Of a DNA stretch of 64,000 bases, positions 1 through 11,564 are shown in pieces. The stretch's first letter is position 1, and each line of letters opens with the position of its first letter. The notes beneath the pieces were generated by a model, which was not told the origin of the DNA, did not search any database, and saw only the letters and a list, made by a program, of their open reading frames with translations. Made by a program: the position numbers and the translations under genes. The stretch is from a virus, in IMG/VR virus record IMGVR_UViG_3300011115_000949, positions 1 to 64,000 of that record; one strand, written 5' to 3'.

Positions 1-749
1 ATATAATTAAGAGCCGTTTTATAATTAGATTCTATTGCTTCTTTTCTTGATTCATATATTGCTGAAGAGAGGTTATTTGACAAATAAATTAAGTCATCAA
101 CATTTCCAAATTTAAAAAAACCAGGCTCAAAAAAATAATCGTATATATTTGAACATCCCCAATAAATTGGAATAGTTTTCATTAAAAAACAATCTAATAT
201 TTTTTCACTAAAATATCCTCTGTGTGAAAAATTCTCAATTACTATTCCAAACATTGAATTACCAAATACTATTTCTTTACCAACACGAGCATCATCTTCA
301 TTATGTCTATCTCCTATGGTGTGATGAAAATTAATAGGGCATTTAAACTCAGATTGTCGTGCTAAAATTTCATGTCTCATTGAATGTCCATAACTTTTAT
401 TTAAAATACCACACAAATGAGCTACTTCAAACTTTTTACTATGTTCTTTTTCGTATTGTTCTGGTTTAAACCATGTTTGTCCAAATGGAAGAAATGTTGA
501 ATTAGGACAGTTATTTAATACTTTATCATCCCAAGTTAATATAGCTGAGAATAATTTTTGGTTTTGTATAGCCCAATCATGTAGCCCAAAATATTCATTT
601 GGTTCTGCTAATACTAAAATATTAATAGAAGATAATTCTTCTTGATTTTGGGGTAATTCATCTACAAATAAAGAAAAATCTAAATGTTTTAAATTAGGTA
701 ATTTTTCTTCAAATATTTTTGGGTTAAAAAATTTACTAAATGTTTTCAT
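1..749 (-). CDS. Glycosyltransferase, GT10 (fucosyltransferase)-like; runs off the window edge
   Basis: Not in ORF track; read manually. ATG at 749 overlaps upstream TGA (ATGA). MKTFSKFF...FGIVIENFSHRGYFSEKILDCFLMKTIPIYWG matches the GT10 EN..GY.SEK..D...PIY.G motif. Confidence 0.75.
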   Translation of the reverse strand, partial: MKTFSKFFNPKIFEEKLPNLKHLDFSLFVDELPQNQEELSSINILVLAEPNEYFGLHDWAIQNQKLFSAILTWDDKVLNNCPNSTFLPFGQTWFKPEQYEKEHSKKFEVAHLCGILNKSYGHSMRHEILARQSEFKCPINFHHTIGDRHNEDDARVGKEIVFGNSMFGIVIENFSHRGYFSEKILDCFLMKTIPIYWGCSNIYDYFFEPGFFKFGNVDDLIYLSNNLSSAIYESRKEAIESNYKTALNY

Positions 750-1303
750 TCTTCTTCAGTAAAATAGGACCAACATCCTTCAGTTTCATAAATTGTTTTT
801 CCTTTAAAAAATTCGTTAACTGCTTTTTGAACATCAGCACACCACGTATAATCATGACCTGCTATTACCCCTCCTTTTTTTACTTTAGGAAACCATGCAT
901 TGATATCTTTTTTTACAGATTCATAATCATGAGCAGCATCAATAAAAACAAAATCTAGTGAATTGTCTTTATAAAACTCAGCTCCATCCCAAGATAACGC
1001 TTTGATAGGATTAATCTGATGTTTTACAGGTTTTATATTTTGTAAAAATATTTCATATAAATTATCAAACATGTGTAAAGGTATTTCTGTTTGTGAAGGA
1101 ACAAAATCCCAAGTATCTATACAATCAAATTTAATGTTTTTTCCTGAATTGATTATTTCTACAGCCATGTACGCTGCGCTCATTCCTTTCCATGTTCCTA
1201 CTTCAACAAAGTGGGAATCAGTTGGAAATTTATTTACCATGTAAGTATAGAGTTCAGGGTATGTAAACCATTCTTCTCCTAAATTTTTATAAAAATGTTC
1301 CAT
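746..1303 (-). CDS. Class I SAM-dependent methyltransferase (Methyltransf_24-like)
   Basis: VEVGTWKGMS motif I; LDFVFIDAAHDY; GGVIAGHDY. Confidence 0.85.
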   Translation of the reverse strand: MEHFYKNLGEEWFTYPELYTYMVNKFPTDSHFVEVGTWKGMSAAYMAVEIINSGKNIKFDCIDTWDFVPSQTEIPLHMFDNLYEIFLQNIKPVKHQINPIKALSWDGAEFYKDNSLDFVFIDAAHDYESVKKDINAWFPKVKKGGVIAGHDYTWCADVQKAVNEFFKGKTIYETEGCWSYFTEEE

Positions 1304-1309
1304 ATTATT

Positions 1310-1831
1310 TTATTTCCAAGCTAATACGTTTAAACTCATTAATATTCCGTTTTCTTTATCCATGTGGGGTAAATAGGCTTTACTAAAATCATCAAACTCA
1401 TAGTACTCAGTATCCCATCCAGTCACTCTAGAATACCCTATATTTTTTAAATCATTAGTCAATGTAGTAAAGTCAAAAGTAATATAATGATAATTTTCAT
1501 CATAATCTTGTCCCCCGTAAAGTAAGCCAATTAATGATTTTAAATCATTAGTCTTATTATAATACTTACAGATAGCTTCAAAATTAGGTACCGCTAAACG
1601 AATATACCCTCCTGGTTTTAATATTTCAAACCAACGTTTAAGTACTTCTTTATATTCCCATCTACCAAAGTGTTCTAAAACATGACATGCATAAATTTCA
1701 TCTACTGAGTTTTCTTTATAGTTTCATAAAAAACGAATATTATTTACTTCATCTACTCCGGGTAAATATCTAATGTCAATATTAGTATATCCCTCAAGAT
1801 GTTTTGTTCCACAACCTAAATGTAATTTCAT
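1310..1831 (-). pseudogene. SAM-dependent methyltransferase interrupted by one in-frame TGA at codon 36
   Basis: Manual translation MKLHLGCGTKHLEGYTNIDI...IRFL*NYKENSVDEIYACHVLEHF...LKPGGYIRLAVP...LAWK; TGA at 1726-1724; frame otherwise open to TAA at 1312-1310; ATGA-coupled start. Confidence 0.75.
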
Positions 1832-2451
1832 AATGTATTATAATAATTATTTTGTTTTTCTTGACGTTTAATATCTTTAATATGCTCTAAACTCCATTCT
1901 GGTTCTATAGGTAAATGAGTGTATACTGCAAACCCATCTAAACGTTCATGAACTTTATTTATCCATTTTATTTTAGGAGAATTTTTATAAATTCGCCATT
2001 GTAAATCAGGCCAATTAATTCTATTCTTTTCATCTACTACCCACCCCCATTTGTTTATATGTTCTTGAGTAAGACCAGTAACATAATTTTCTCTTGGTGC
2101 TAGTAAAACATCTATTTCAGGATTCTCTTCTAGTAAGATAGGAAGATTTTCAATTAAAAATTTATTAGGAATTTCATCGGCATCAATCTGAAAGACATAA
2201 TCGCCATTGCATAAACTGGTTAGTTTATTTTTCCAATCAGCGAAATGCCTTTCAAATTTAGCTGCGTGCCACGTAAATTCCCCATTGATGGAATGGGATC
2301 GCAGGAACGCTTCGACTTCGGGATCACCATTTGCTTCATCGTATAGCACCACAATCTGATCTTCATGCCGTTTGTTTTGAAGCAAAAAGTATATCAAACG
2401 TTGAATTTCAATGAATTCATTGCAGACTGTAATTGCGTAACTAATTTTCAT
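1828..2451 (-). CDS. Glycosyltransferase family 2
   Basis: ISYAITVCNE start, FQIDADE DxD motif, KVHE motif. Confidence 0.85.
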   Translation of the reverse strand: MKISYAITVCNEFIEIQRLIYFLLQNKRHEDQIVVLYDEANGDPEVEAFLRSHSINGEFTWHAAKFERHFADWKNKLTSLCNGDYVFQIDADEIPNKFLIENLPILLEENPEIDVLLAPRENYVTGLTQEHINKWGWVVDEKNRINWPDLQWRIYKNSPKIKWINKVHERLDGFAVYTHLPIEPEWSLEHIKDIKRQEKQNNYYNTL

Positions 2452-2467
2452 AACCTAAATGTAAATT

Positions 2468-2923
2468 TTATTCTGGGAGGGCTCCAATGTAAGTTAAAGC
2501 ATCCATGAATTCTTTCATTTCATATGGTTTCATAGTTGACATGTCCATTCTGAATTCGTAGTATTTACCGGGTTGTCCTTTAATTGGGTATTTTTCTTTT
2601 TCTTCTTCTTTAACTTTAACGGCTTTTACAGCTGCCCATTTAGCATTGTCTTTACTTGTACCATTATAAAACACCATACCCTGAGTAGGGATGTTGATCA
2701 TTGTAGGCATCCACATTAATCCGTCCTCGTCTTTAAACATTACGTCTTTATGAAGATCGGGAAGTATTTCTAATTGTTGATTATAAAATTCTTCTCCTTC
2801 TTTCATTAAGGAATTAGTTGTAAATCCACAACCAAAACAAGAGTATGTTTTAATTACTGAGTTGTTTTCTAAAGCATAGCAAGCATCTGAGCCGCAATGT
2901 TTACATATTATTAAATTGTCCAT
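2468..2923 (-). CDS. Hypothetical protein with N-terminal zinc ribbon
   Basis: CKHC and CFGC pairs. Confidence 0.6.
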   Translation of the reverse strand: MDNLIICKHCGSDACYALENNSVIKTYSCFGCGFTTNSLMKEGEEFYNQQLEILPDLHKDVMFKDEDGLMWMPTMINIPTQGMVFYNGTSKDNAKWAAVKAVKVKEEEKEKYPIKGQPGKYYEFRMDMSTMKPYEMKEFMDALTYIGALPE

Positions 2924-4227
2924 TACACTTTGTTTAATTTAGGTAATTCTATTTTTTTAAGCTGAGGTAATTTTAATTGAATTTGTTTAGGAAATTCAGG
3001 AATTTTAACTAATTGTTCTTTAATTACTTCCTTCATAGCATTAAAGCTAAATTTTTCTTTATTATACTCTCCTTGCTTACGAGCTCCAGGGAGATATTTG
3101 TCATAGTTTTTATAAACATCAGTTAGTGCTTCTCCTACCTCAGGTGGGTTAACACTAAACCAAGCACTTTCTTTAAGTAAAAATTGATTTGCTATTGATG
3201 GGTGAACTTGAGTTAAATTTCCTCCTAATAATACATTGTTTTTAACATGTAAAAAATCTATATGCCCACTCCAGTTAGATGCAATGATTGGTTTTTTAGT
3301 TAAACTAAATTCAAGTAGTGGGCGTCCAAATCCTTCACCCTTAGTCAAAGAAACCATTGCTTTTACTTTTGAATGATTATATAATTCATTCATTTCAATA
3401 TCTGTAAATTCACCATGAAGTAAATAGATGTTTGGTAAATTTGTACTATTTACTGTTTTTTTAATGCTATCAATATTTTTTAAAACAGCATCTCTATCCA
3501 TATAAGAACTAACAGCTCCTGACGTTTTTAAAATTAAAGCAGGTTTATTTTGTTTATTTTTAAATGTTTCATAAAAAGCTTTAATTAACAATGTAATGTT
3601 TTTTCTATCTTCGTTCATTGGAGAATTTAAATTAATCCAATGTCCTACAAACAAATATGCAAAGTCTTCTTTAACTGTGTCTAAATCAAATTTAACTTCT
3701 GTTTTATCTAAGGCTTTATACACATTAAGATTAGCTCCTTCAAATATTATTTCCATAGGTTTTTCTAATTGAAGAATTCCTAATGCCCTACCTTGTTGAT
3801 CTTTCTTTTCAAATTTAGTATCTTCAAATACTTTTTTAGAATGTTTAGAAGAAACCCAAGTAGTGCTCATTCGATTAACACCTTCTAGCCAGTCAGCAGG
3901 CACAATTGTTGTTTCAATACCTGCAGTAACTCCTATATTGTATTTTCCTACGGGTTGAAATTCATTTGGAACGGTGTGTTGTATCCAAATTTCAGGTTGA
4001 GCGGGAAGTTGAGGAAACAAAAACAAATATCTATTTAAAAATGACCATTCTTCAGAATGATCATTAATAAATCCCCAACTACATTCACCCCAACGTTGAG
4101 GTAAAATTTTAATATCCCATTCGTCCTTTTTTAATTCAATAATAGCTTTAACTAAATCACGAGCACGAGCTCCATAACCTGAATAAGTGTCTATAGGACA
4201 ACTTATTACACAAAGTGGTTTGTTCAT
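2923..4227 (-). CDS. GT-B fold glycosyltransferase (GT4-like)
   Basis: SGYG N-terminal motif; KGEGFGRPLLEF donor-binding motif. Confidence 0.85.
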   Translation of the reverse strand: MNKPLCVISCPIDTYSGYGARARDLVKAIIELKKDEWDIKILPQRWGECSWGFINDHSEEWSFLNRYLFLFPQLPAQPEIWIQHTVPNEFQPVGKYNIGVTAGIETTIVPADWLEGVNRMSTTWVSSKHSKKVFEDTKFEKKDQQGRALGILQLEKPMEIIFEGANLNVYKALDKTEVKFDLDTVKEDFAYLFVGHWINLNSPMNEDRKNITLLIKAFYETFKNKQNKPALILKTSGAVSSYMDRDAVLKNIDSIKKTVNSTNLPNIYLLHGEFTDIEMNELYNHSKVKAMVSLTKGEGFGRPLLEFSLTKKPIIASNWSGHIDFLHVKNNVLLGGNLTQVHPSIANQFLLKESAWFSVNPPEVGEALTDVYKNYDKYLPGARKQGEYNKEKFSFNAMKEVIKEQLVKIPEFPKQIQLKLPQLKKIELPKLNKV

Positions 4228-4237
4228 AGATTTTATT

Positions 4238-5689
4238 TTAATATATTAATTTATGTTTACGTGTTAAATCTGGTTTATGTGTATTGGTGTTGATAAGTTC
4301 GTATTTTTCTCTTGGTTTCCAAGTTGTAAATAAAGTACTGATGCTTTCAATAACACGTTTAGCTTGAGCTTGACTTGTAAATCCTGCTTCTTCACTTAAT
4401 GCCCATTCTCTACCTTTTAAACCATTTTGCTTTCTTATTTCGATATCTGTAGAGTATAATTTCATCATTTGAGCCGCAGCATCTTCAGGACTACACCTGT
4501 CAGATGAAATATATGGTGTTTGAGGTGATCCTTGAATTGAAATGTTTGATGGAAATACTGGGTATGCCCATATTCCATGTTTAGTATATTTACCTTTATG
4601 GTTGGTAGGAAAATCTAAACTAAAATCAATCCACTTTCCGCTTTCATCTTCAAAACGCATTTGGTCTTGCATCCCACCCTGTACATTAGCAATAATTGGC
4701 TTTCCGGCTAAAATAGCTTCAGTTAAGCTTAATCCCCAACCTTCATTATCTGTTAATAATACTTGACCATCTGAACAATTATATAGCCAATTCATTTGTT
4801 CTACTCCAACACTGTTAGGGTGGAATATAATAGCATTTGGATATTCATCAAATAAATAATCTTTAACAGCTATTAAATCAGTACCATGATCACTTATTAA
4901 CTCAGTATGAAGAAGTAAAGCACATTTATCTGCTTCTTCTTTAGGTAATTCATCTAAAAACATCCTAAATGCTAACATAGTATCTGGGATTTGTTTACGA
5001 CGAATATTTCTTGAGTTAAAGAATAAAACAAAATTATAATCTTTATCACCTAATGTTTGTTTTTTAAATTCTAAAAATTCTTTATATCGAGAATATTCAG
5101 GGGTAATAGGAAAATAATTTTCAGGGTTTAATCCGTGGGGAACATATTTTAATATTTTATTTTTAGCTTTATCACCTAAAACAACTTCATTTATGTTTTT
5201 AGTTTGTTTTGAAATAGCTAATAATAAATCACACGATTCATAAAATGGTTTATTCCATAAAGGATAAGGATATGGACTATCCCAAATGTTTAAATAAATA
5301 ATAGGAATGTTTTTACGAATTTCATTTTCAATATTAAATAACCAAGTAAAATACCTTGGGTCAGTAATCAAAAACAATGCATCTGGTTTTTCCATTTGAA
5401 TAAGACTTCTAAGAAACATTGTATCCCCATATCCGTTTATTGGATAAAGTATAACAGAAGAATCATTAAGCCCCATTATGTTATTTGTTTCTCCTGATAA
5501 ATCTAATTTTTTACCTTGATCAGGATGTTGAAGCGCTCCCGCAACATTAACCCAATTAAAATGTTGGGCTGTGTGCATTACTATTTCTTTAGCTACAGTA
5601 GCTACACCACTGTGTGCTCGAATGTCATCACATATTAGTAAAATTTTCTTCCTCTGATTTTGAGGTAAATAAGCAAAACTTGAATTCAT
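4238..5689 (-). CDS. GT-B fold glycosyltransferase (GT4-like)
   Basis: SGVATVA; RNIRRKQ; NEGWGLSLTEA motif. Confidence 0.85.
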   Translation of the reverse strand: MNSSFAYLPQNQRKKILLICDDIRAHSGVATVAKEIVMHTAQHFNWVNVAGALQHPDQGKKLDLSGETNNIMGLNDSSVILYPINGYGDTMFLRSLIQMEKPDALFLITDPRYFTWLFNIENEIRKNIPIIYLNIWDSPYPYPLWNKPFYESCDLLLAISKQTKNINEVVLGDKAKNKILKYVPHGLNPENYFPITPEYSRYKEFLEFKKQTLGDKDYNFVLFFNSRNIRRKQIPDTMLAFRMFLDELPKEEADKCALLLHTELISDHGTDLIAVKDYLFDEYPNAIIFHPNSVGVEQMNWLYNCSDGQVLLTDNEGWGLSLTEAILAGKPIIANVQGGMQDQMRFEDESGKWIDFSLDFPTNHKGKYTKHGIWAYPVFPSNISIQGSPQTPYISSDRCSPEDAAAQMMKLYSTDIEIRKQNGLKGREWALSEEAGFTSQAQAKRVIESISTLFTTWKPREKYELINTNTHKPDLTRKHKLIY

Positions 5690-5695
5690 AAATTT

Positions 5696-5884
5696 TTATT
5701 CCGTAATTTTTAAATTGTAATTAGTAACTTGTTTTCTAAAACTTTCATCTTTAAGATATAAATCCATTGCTCGATTGACAAGTTTATTTAAAGAAAATTT
5801 TCGTCTAACGCATTCTACTTTAAATTCATCAAACAAATCTTTGTCTACTTTAACGGATGTTAATTGTGTTGTTGCATTTTCCAT
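5696..5884 (-). CDS. Small ribbon-helix-helix-like DNA-binding protein
   Basis: 62 aa; beta strand TSVKVD followed by two amphipathic helices (Arc/CopG pattern). Confidence 0.6.
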   Translation of the reverse strand: MENATTQLTSVKVDKDLFDEFKVECVRRKFSLNKLVNRAMDLYLKDESFRKQVTNYNLKITE

Positions 5885-5916
5885 AACATTATATTTGTAT
5901 ATAAATATATTTAAGA

Positions 5917-6864
5917 TTAAGAAAGCATTGCCTTATCACAAAGTTCTTTTTTAGAAGAATAAGGACAATACTTACATGTATATTTGTCGGGAGTTGGTTG
6001 GTGGTCTGTGGTATTATATGTGCCGTCTAAATTAAAAACAGCGCTTATAAATGCGGATAATGATTCGTTTGCCTTATTCATTTTCCCTTTACCATTCGCT
6101 GGTTTAAATTCCTGTATGCGTTTTTGCACAAATTCACTTTCCTCCCATATTTTACGTTTTACTATAAAAAATTCAACATCTATTTTATCTAATGGTACTC
6201 CAAACTGTTCACTAAAGAATTGTTTGTATAATAAAATTTGTTGTATTTTGGTTTCGTCTTTTTTCTCTCTATCACCCCAACCACGAGTGCTTGTTTTAAT
6301 GTCATAGATAGTAAACGAATCTAAGTTTTCATTGTACATTACTAAGTCTATAAATCCATTAAACAATATGTTGTTGTGGGTTTTATTTGGGGCAAGTACA
6401 ATAGGAATTTCAACTCCAACCAACCAATTGTTTCTAATACTAAAGTATTCGCCTCGTTTTTTCTTTAAAAATGTTAGGATAGCAACTCCATCATCATAAA
6501 ACTCCCTCATTTCAACTGGGTCGCTGAAGTGTGTTTTGTTATTGGATTGATATTCTCTCAAATAAGATTCCCTAAAACGTTCTTCAAAGTATTCCTCTAA
6601 ATTAATTTTATCAGCTGCTGCTCCACTTTCATTATAAATTGTGTTTATATAATGTTGAATTGTTTCGTGAATAGCAGTTCCAAATACTGTGTTAATGCTT
6701 GAAGTAAATACTTTATGTCCGTCCCTATATTGCAACGCCCATTTTTTAGGACAGGAAGAATACATTGACAATTGAGAATAAGAAATACTCTTTTGAAATG
6801 CATAATTGATTTCTTGAGTCTTATACTCTTGAATTTGTTTTATTAATTTAGGTGTTTTGGACAT
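5917..6864 (-). CDS. Cas4/AddB-like PD-(D/E)XK exonuclease
   Basis: SYSQL..Y..CP, GTAIHE, GFIDL, DIKT, Q...Y, and C-terminal CKYCPY...C (four Cys, Fe-S staple pattern). Confidence 0.85.
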   Translation of the reverse strand: MSKTPKLIKQIQEYKTQEINYAFQKSISYSQLSMYSSCPKKWALQYRDGHKVFTSSINTVFGTAIHETIQHYINTIYNESGAAADKINLEEYFEERFRESYLREYQSNNKTHFSDPVEMREFYDDGVAILTFLKKKRGEYFSIRNNWLVGVEIPIVLAPNKTHNNILFNGFIDLVMYNENLDSFTIYDIKTSTRGWGDREKKDETKIQQILLYKQFFSEQFGVPLDKIDVEFFIVKRKIWEESEFVQKRIQEFKPANGKGKMNKANESLSAFISAVFNLDGTYNTTDHQPTPDKYTCKYCPYSSKKELCDKAMLS

Positions 6865-6865
6865 T

Positions 6866-7213
6866 TTATTTTTTCCACATTCCTTTTTCTACCAACTGAG
6901 CTATAATCCCATAATTGGTAATGTCTTGATATGTGTCTGTTAGTGCTTCGTTTTTGGTTTGTTGTTTAGTAATGATAATGTTTTTCCAACGGTTAACTTT
7001 ATCTGATAAACGGTACCACAATCCAGTTAATGCGAATTGTTTTTCTTCATCATTTGCTAATTGCGTACCAGCAGAGATGTTTGACATTCCATAGTCTAAA
7101 TGTTTTTTAGCAAACAATATGTATTGTTCTTTCATTATTTGCTTGTACCCTTGAGCAATTGTGGGGTATTCTTTTTCTAGTTGTTCAATTACAGACATTT
7201 CTTCTTTAGCCAT
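6866..7213 (-). CDS. DUF1599/Nmad1-like nucleotide-modification-associated protein
   Basis: KKHLDYG, RLSDKVNR, E.LTDTYQDITNYGII pattern. Confidence 0.7.
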   Translation of the reverse strand: MAKEEMSVIEQLEKEYPTIAQGYKQIMKEQYILFAKKHLDYGMSNISAGTQLANDEEKQFALTGLWYRLSDKVNRWKNIIITKQQTKNEALTDTYQDITNYGIIAQLVEKGMWKK

Positions 7214-7661
7214 TTTTTAATAGTTTTTTAGTTTCTTTTTCATTAAGACCCATTTTGTTCAAAATAACTTCTATATCTTGTTTTTCAAGAAACGAAACAT
7301 ATTCTTCTGCTTCGTTTAAGGAACATTCAAAATATTTTGAGATATGTTGCGCTACTTCGGGTTGTGATGTTTTGTTAGTTGATTTAATATATGGTGAATA
7401 TACATTCTTAGATTTTGGAAGCAAACCACAATATACTTCATATAAACGTTTACTGTCTTTAATGTTTAAACCCTGAACATAGTTCACCACATCAATGTAG
7501 TTTCTATTCATGCTTAGGAATTTATTAACCATGTATCCATTGAATTGCTTCTGTTGGTCAGGAGTAAACGATTCCCATTTAGGCTTAGTCTCAACTAGCG
7601 CTTTGATAAAATCAAATATTGAAAATTGTTTTGGTTTAGAGGTTTTTGTTGTACTCCTCAT
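7206..7661 (-). CDS. Clamp loader small subunit (T4 gp62-like)
   Basis: YMVNKFLSM and ISKYFECSLNEAEEY patterns; next to the clamp loader ATPase. Confidence 0.65.
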   Translation of the reverse strand: MRSTTKTSKPKQFSIFDFIKALVETKPKWESFTPDQQKQFNGYMVNKFLSMNRNYIDVVNYVQGLNIKDSKRLYEVYCGLLPKSKNVYSPYIKSTNKTSQPEVAQHISKYFECSLNEAEEYVSFLEKQDIEVILNKMGLNEKETKKLLKNG

Positions 7662-7881
7662 ATTCTGTTCTTAGTTCTTTAGGAAGCATTTCAAGTAGTA
7701 TCTTTCCGGTTTTGATATCAATAAACACAGGAATAGGAATAATTCCATCTTCACTTGTACCAGTTAAAAATTTACTTACTTTCCTTAAAATTGTTGCTTC
7801 CTGAAATACTTGGTTTCCGTCTTCAGATTTGATAGGTGTAGACTGTGTAATGTCTACTTTCATTTGTGATTGGTTGTTCAT
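7636..7881 (-). CDS. Hypothetical protein
   Basis: 81-aa ORF coupled to neighbours. Confidence 0.6.
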   Translation of the reverse strand: MNNQSQMKVDITQSTPIKSEDGNQVFQEATILRKVSKFLTGTSEDGIIPIPVFIDIKTGKILLEMLPKELRTEYEEYNKNL

Positions 7882-8813
7882 ATTACTTTTTTAGTTGTTA
7901 TTGTTTCTAATATTTTAGAGATACAAGCCATAACATTGATCTCTTTATCTAACCTAAATGTAGCGTGGTACATATATTCTTCTAAATAACATACAATCAC
8001 ACCTTCATTACCTTTAGCATAATCACTTAGTTTTTCATATAAAAACGCATATAATGATTCGTAGTCATCTGTTTCTGCGTTTGCTATAATTTGTCTAATA
8101 ATGTTAAATGATTTGTTAGACGGTTTTTTAAGTTCATCTACTACTTGTTCTTTATAATTGTCTGATGCTTCGATTGAAGTGTCAAGTTTTAAAACGTTAT
8201 CAACAGTATATTTTTGACAGTTGTTGATAATTTTACGAAAATCAGGATAGAATTTTTTAACAATCGTAGCTACATCTTCAATTGTGTGTTCAATATTTTC
8301 TTTATTCAAGATGTTAACAATGTGTTGTGCTACAACTTTTTTAGATGGTGGTTGCAAATCAAATTCTTGACAACGACTTCTAAGTGGTTCAATTAATCGT
8401 TCTGGGTAGTTACCTGTAAGTATAAAACGAGTAGTTAAACTATATGTTTCCATCATGTTTAACAATATAACCTGTGATGCTTGAAGTATATGAGTTGCTT
8501 CATCTAAAATCACTATTTTAAGTGGCTTAAATGAACCCGCAGCAGCAAATGCTCCTACTTTATCTCTCATAACATCTATTGAACGTTCATCTGTAGCATT
8601 GATATACAAATAATCGCAGTCAATATTTTTAACTAATATTTTAGCAATTGTTGTTTTACCAGCACCTGGTTTACCTGCAAATAATAGATGAGGAATATCT
8701 TGTTGTTTGATAAATTCCTCAAATTTAGTTTTAATATCGTCTTGACAAATATAACCTTCTAGGGTATCAGGACGATACTTTTCGTTTAATATTGTGTGTA
8801 ACCTTTTTGACAT
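7878..8813 (-). CDS. Clamp loader ATPase (T4 gp44/RFC-like)
   Basis: EKYRP, Walker A GKPGAGKTT, Walker B ILDEA, LRSRC arginine finger. Confidence 0.95.
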   Translation of the reverse strand: MSKRLHTILNEKYRPDTLEGYICQDDIKTKFEEFIKQQDIPHLLFAGKPGAGKTTIAKILVKNIDCDYLYINATDERSIDVMRDKVGAFAAAGSFKPLKIVILDEATHILQASQVILLNMMETYSLTTRFILTGNYPERLIEPLRSRCQEFDLQPPSKKVVAQHIVNILNKENIEHTIEDVATIVKKFYPDFRKIINNCQKYTVDNVLKLDTSIEASDNYKEQVVDELKKPSNKSFNIIRQIIANAETDDYESLYAFLYEKLSDYAKGNEGVIVCYLEEYMYHATFRLDKEINVMACISKILETITTKKVI

Positions 8814-8827
8814 AACTTTTATTTGTT

Positions 8828-9073
8828 TTAGTAATCACCGTATAAATTAAATTTCTTAGGAGGTGGAGGTGCCACTTCTTCAGTATTGATAACGTACAAT
8901 TCTCCTTTTAAAGGAGCTAGTTTAAAATCACAAGGTTGTTGTACTTTTTGATAAAATGCTTCTAAAGCATCTGTTAATGAGTTGTGAACTACTCGTTTGT
9001 TGTCATCATTGAGCAACCAGCGATCTCCTGGGGGAACGCGAGTTGCTATTAGGCTATAAGTTTCTTGTATCAT
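8828..9073 (-). CDS. Hypothetical protein
   Basis: 81-aa ORF in operon context. Confidence 0.6.
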   Translation of the reverse strand: MIQETYSLIATRVPPGDRWLLNDDNKRVVHNSLTDALEAFYQKVQQPCDFKLAPLKGELYVINTEEVAPPPPKKFNLYGDY

Positions 9074-9074
9074 A

Positions 9075-10995
<1,921 letters not shown>

Positions 10996-11006
10996 AATTT
11001 TTATTT

Positions 11007-11038
11007 TTAATATAATAATAATTTATAAACAAAACAAA
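11007..11038 (-). promoter_or_regulatory. Bacteroidota-type promoter for groES-groEL
   Basis: Sense TTTG-N20-TATATTAA. Confidence 0.55.
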
Positions 11039-11553
11039 CTTTAGGGCGATTTTTTTACTTAATTTTCAAAAGCAAGGGTTTAGCAGCATCAGCATATGGT
11101 ATACTGAGCTTTAATAAACCGTTTTTCATTTCAGCTTCTGCTTTTGATAGGTCGTATTTTGAAGCGATTTTATAACCTAAACTAAACGAACGTCTAGCTA
11201 TTCCTTTATGAATGTAAGTATATTCTGTAATACTTTCATTATCGGTTTTATTGTATGAGATTTTTAAGACATCACCTTCAATACTGATGTTAATATCAGA
11301 TTTTTCTAGTCCAGTGCATGCAATCTCAAAATGCAAGCCTTTTTTATTTTCGTAGATGTCTACTGGGTGGTTGATTTTGGCTTCTATAGCCGGTGCGAAT
11401 TGTGCGTTTGATTCGTAAAGATTCCTGAATAGGATGTCAAACGGATGTAGTTGTTTTTCTAAAAATAGTGTACTCATATCACTTTTACTTTGTGTTGGCC
11501 TAAGCTCAACGGGTTAAACATAAAACAAAACTTGCCCTAAAGTCTGCTTTGTT
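11028..11553 (-). repeat. 20-nt complementary arms flanking hsp20 (11028-11047 and 11534-11553)
   Basis: Sense AACAAAGCAGACTTTAGGGC (5'UTR) pairs with GCCCTAAAGTTTGTTTTGTT (3'UTR): 18 Watson-Crick + 2 G.U pairs. Confidence 0.8.
11055..11477 (-). CDS. Small heat-shock protein (Hsp20)
   Basis: PVDIYE, YIHKGIARRSF, AEMKNGLLKLSIP alpha-crystallin motifs. Confidence 0.93.
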   Translation of the reverse strand: MSTLFLEKQLHPFDILFRNLYESNAQFAPAIEAKINHPVDIYENKKGLHFEIACTGLEKSDINISIEGDVLKISYNKTDNESITEYTYIHKGIARRSFSLGYKIASKYDLSKAEAEMKNGLLKLSIPYADAAKPLLLKIK

Positions 11554-11564
11554 GATTATAAATA

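Noticed and set aside
1724-1726. TGA or TAG reassignment / selenocysteine
   Set aside because: TGA and TAG end many genes at expected lengths; only one interrupted gene seen; no SECIS-like hairpin or suppressor tRNA in the window.
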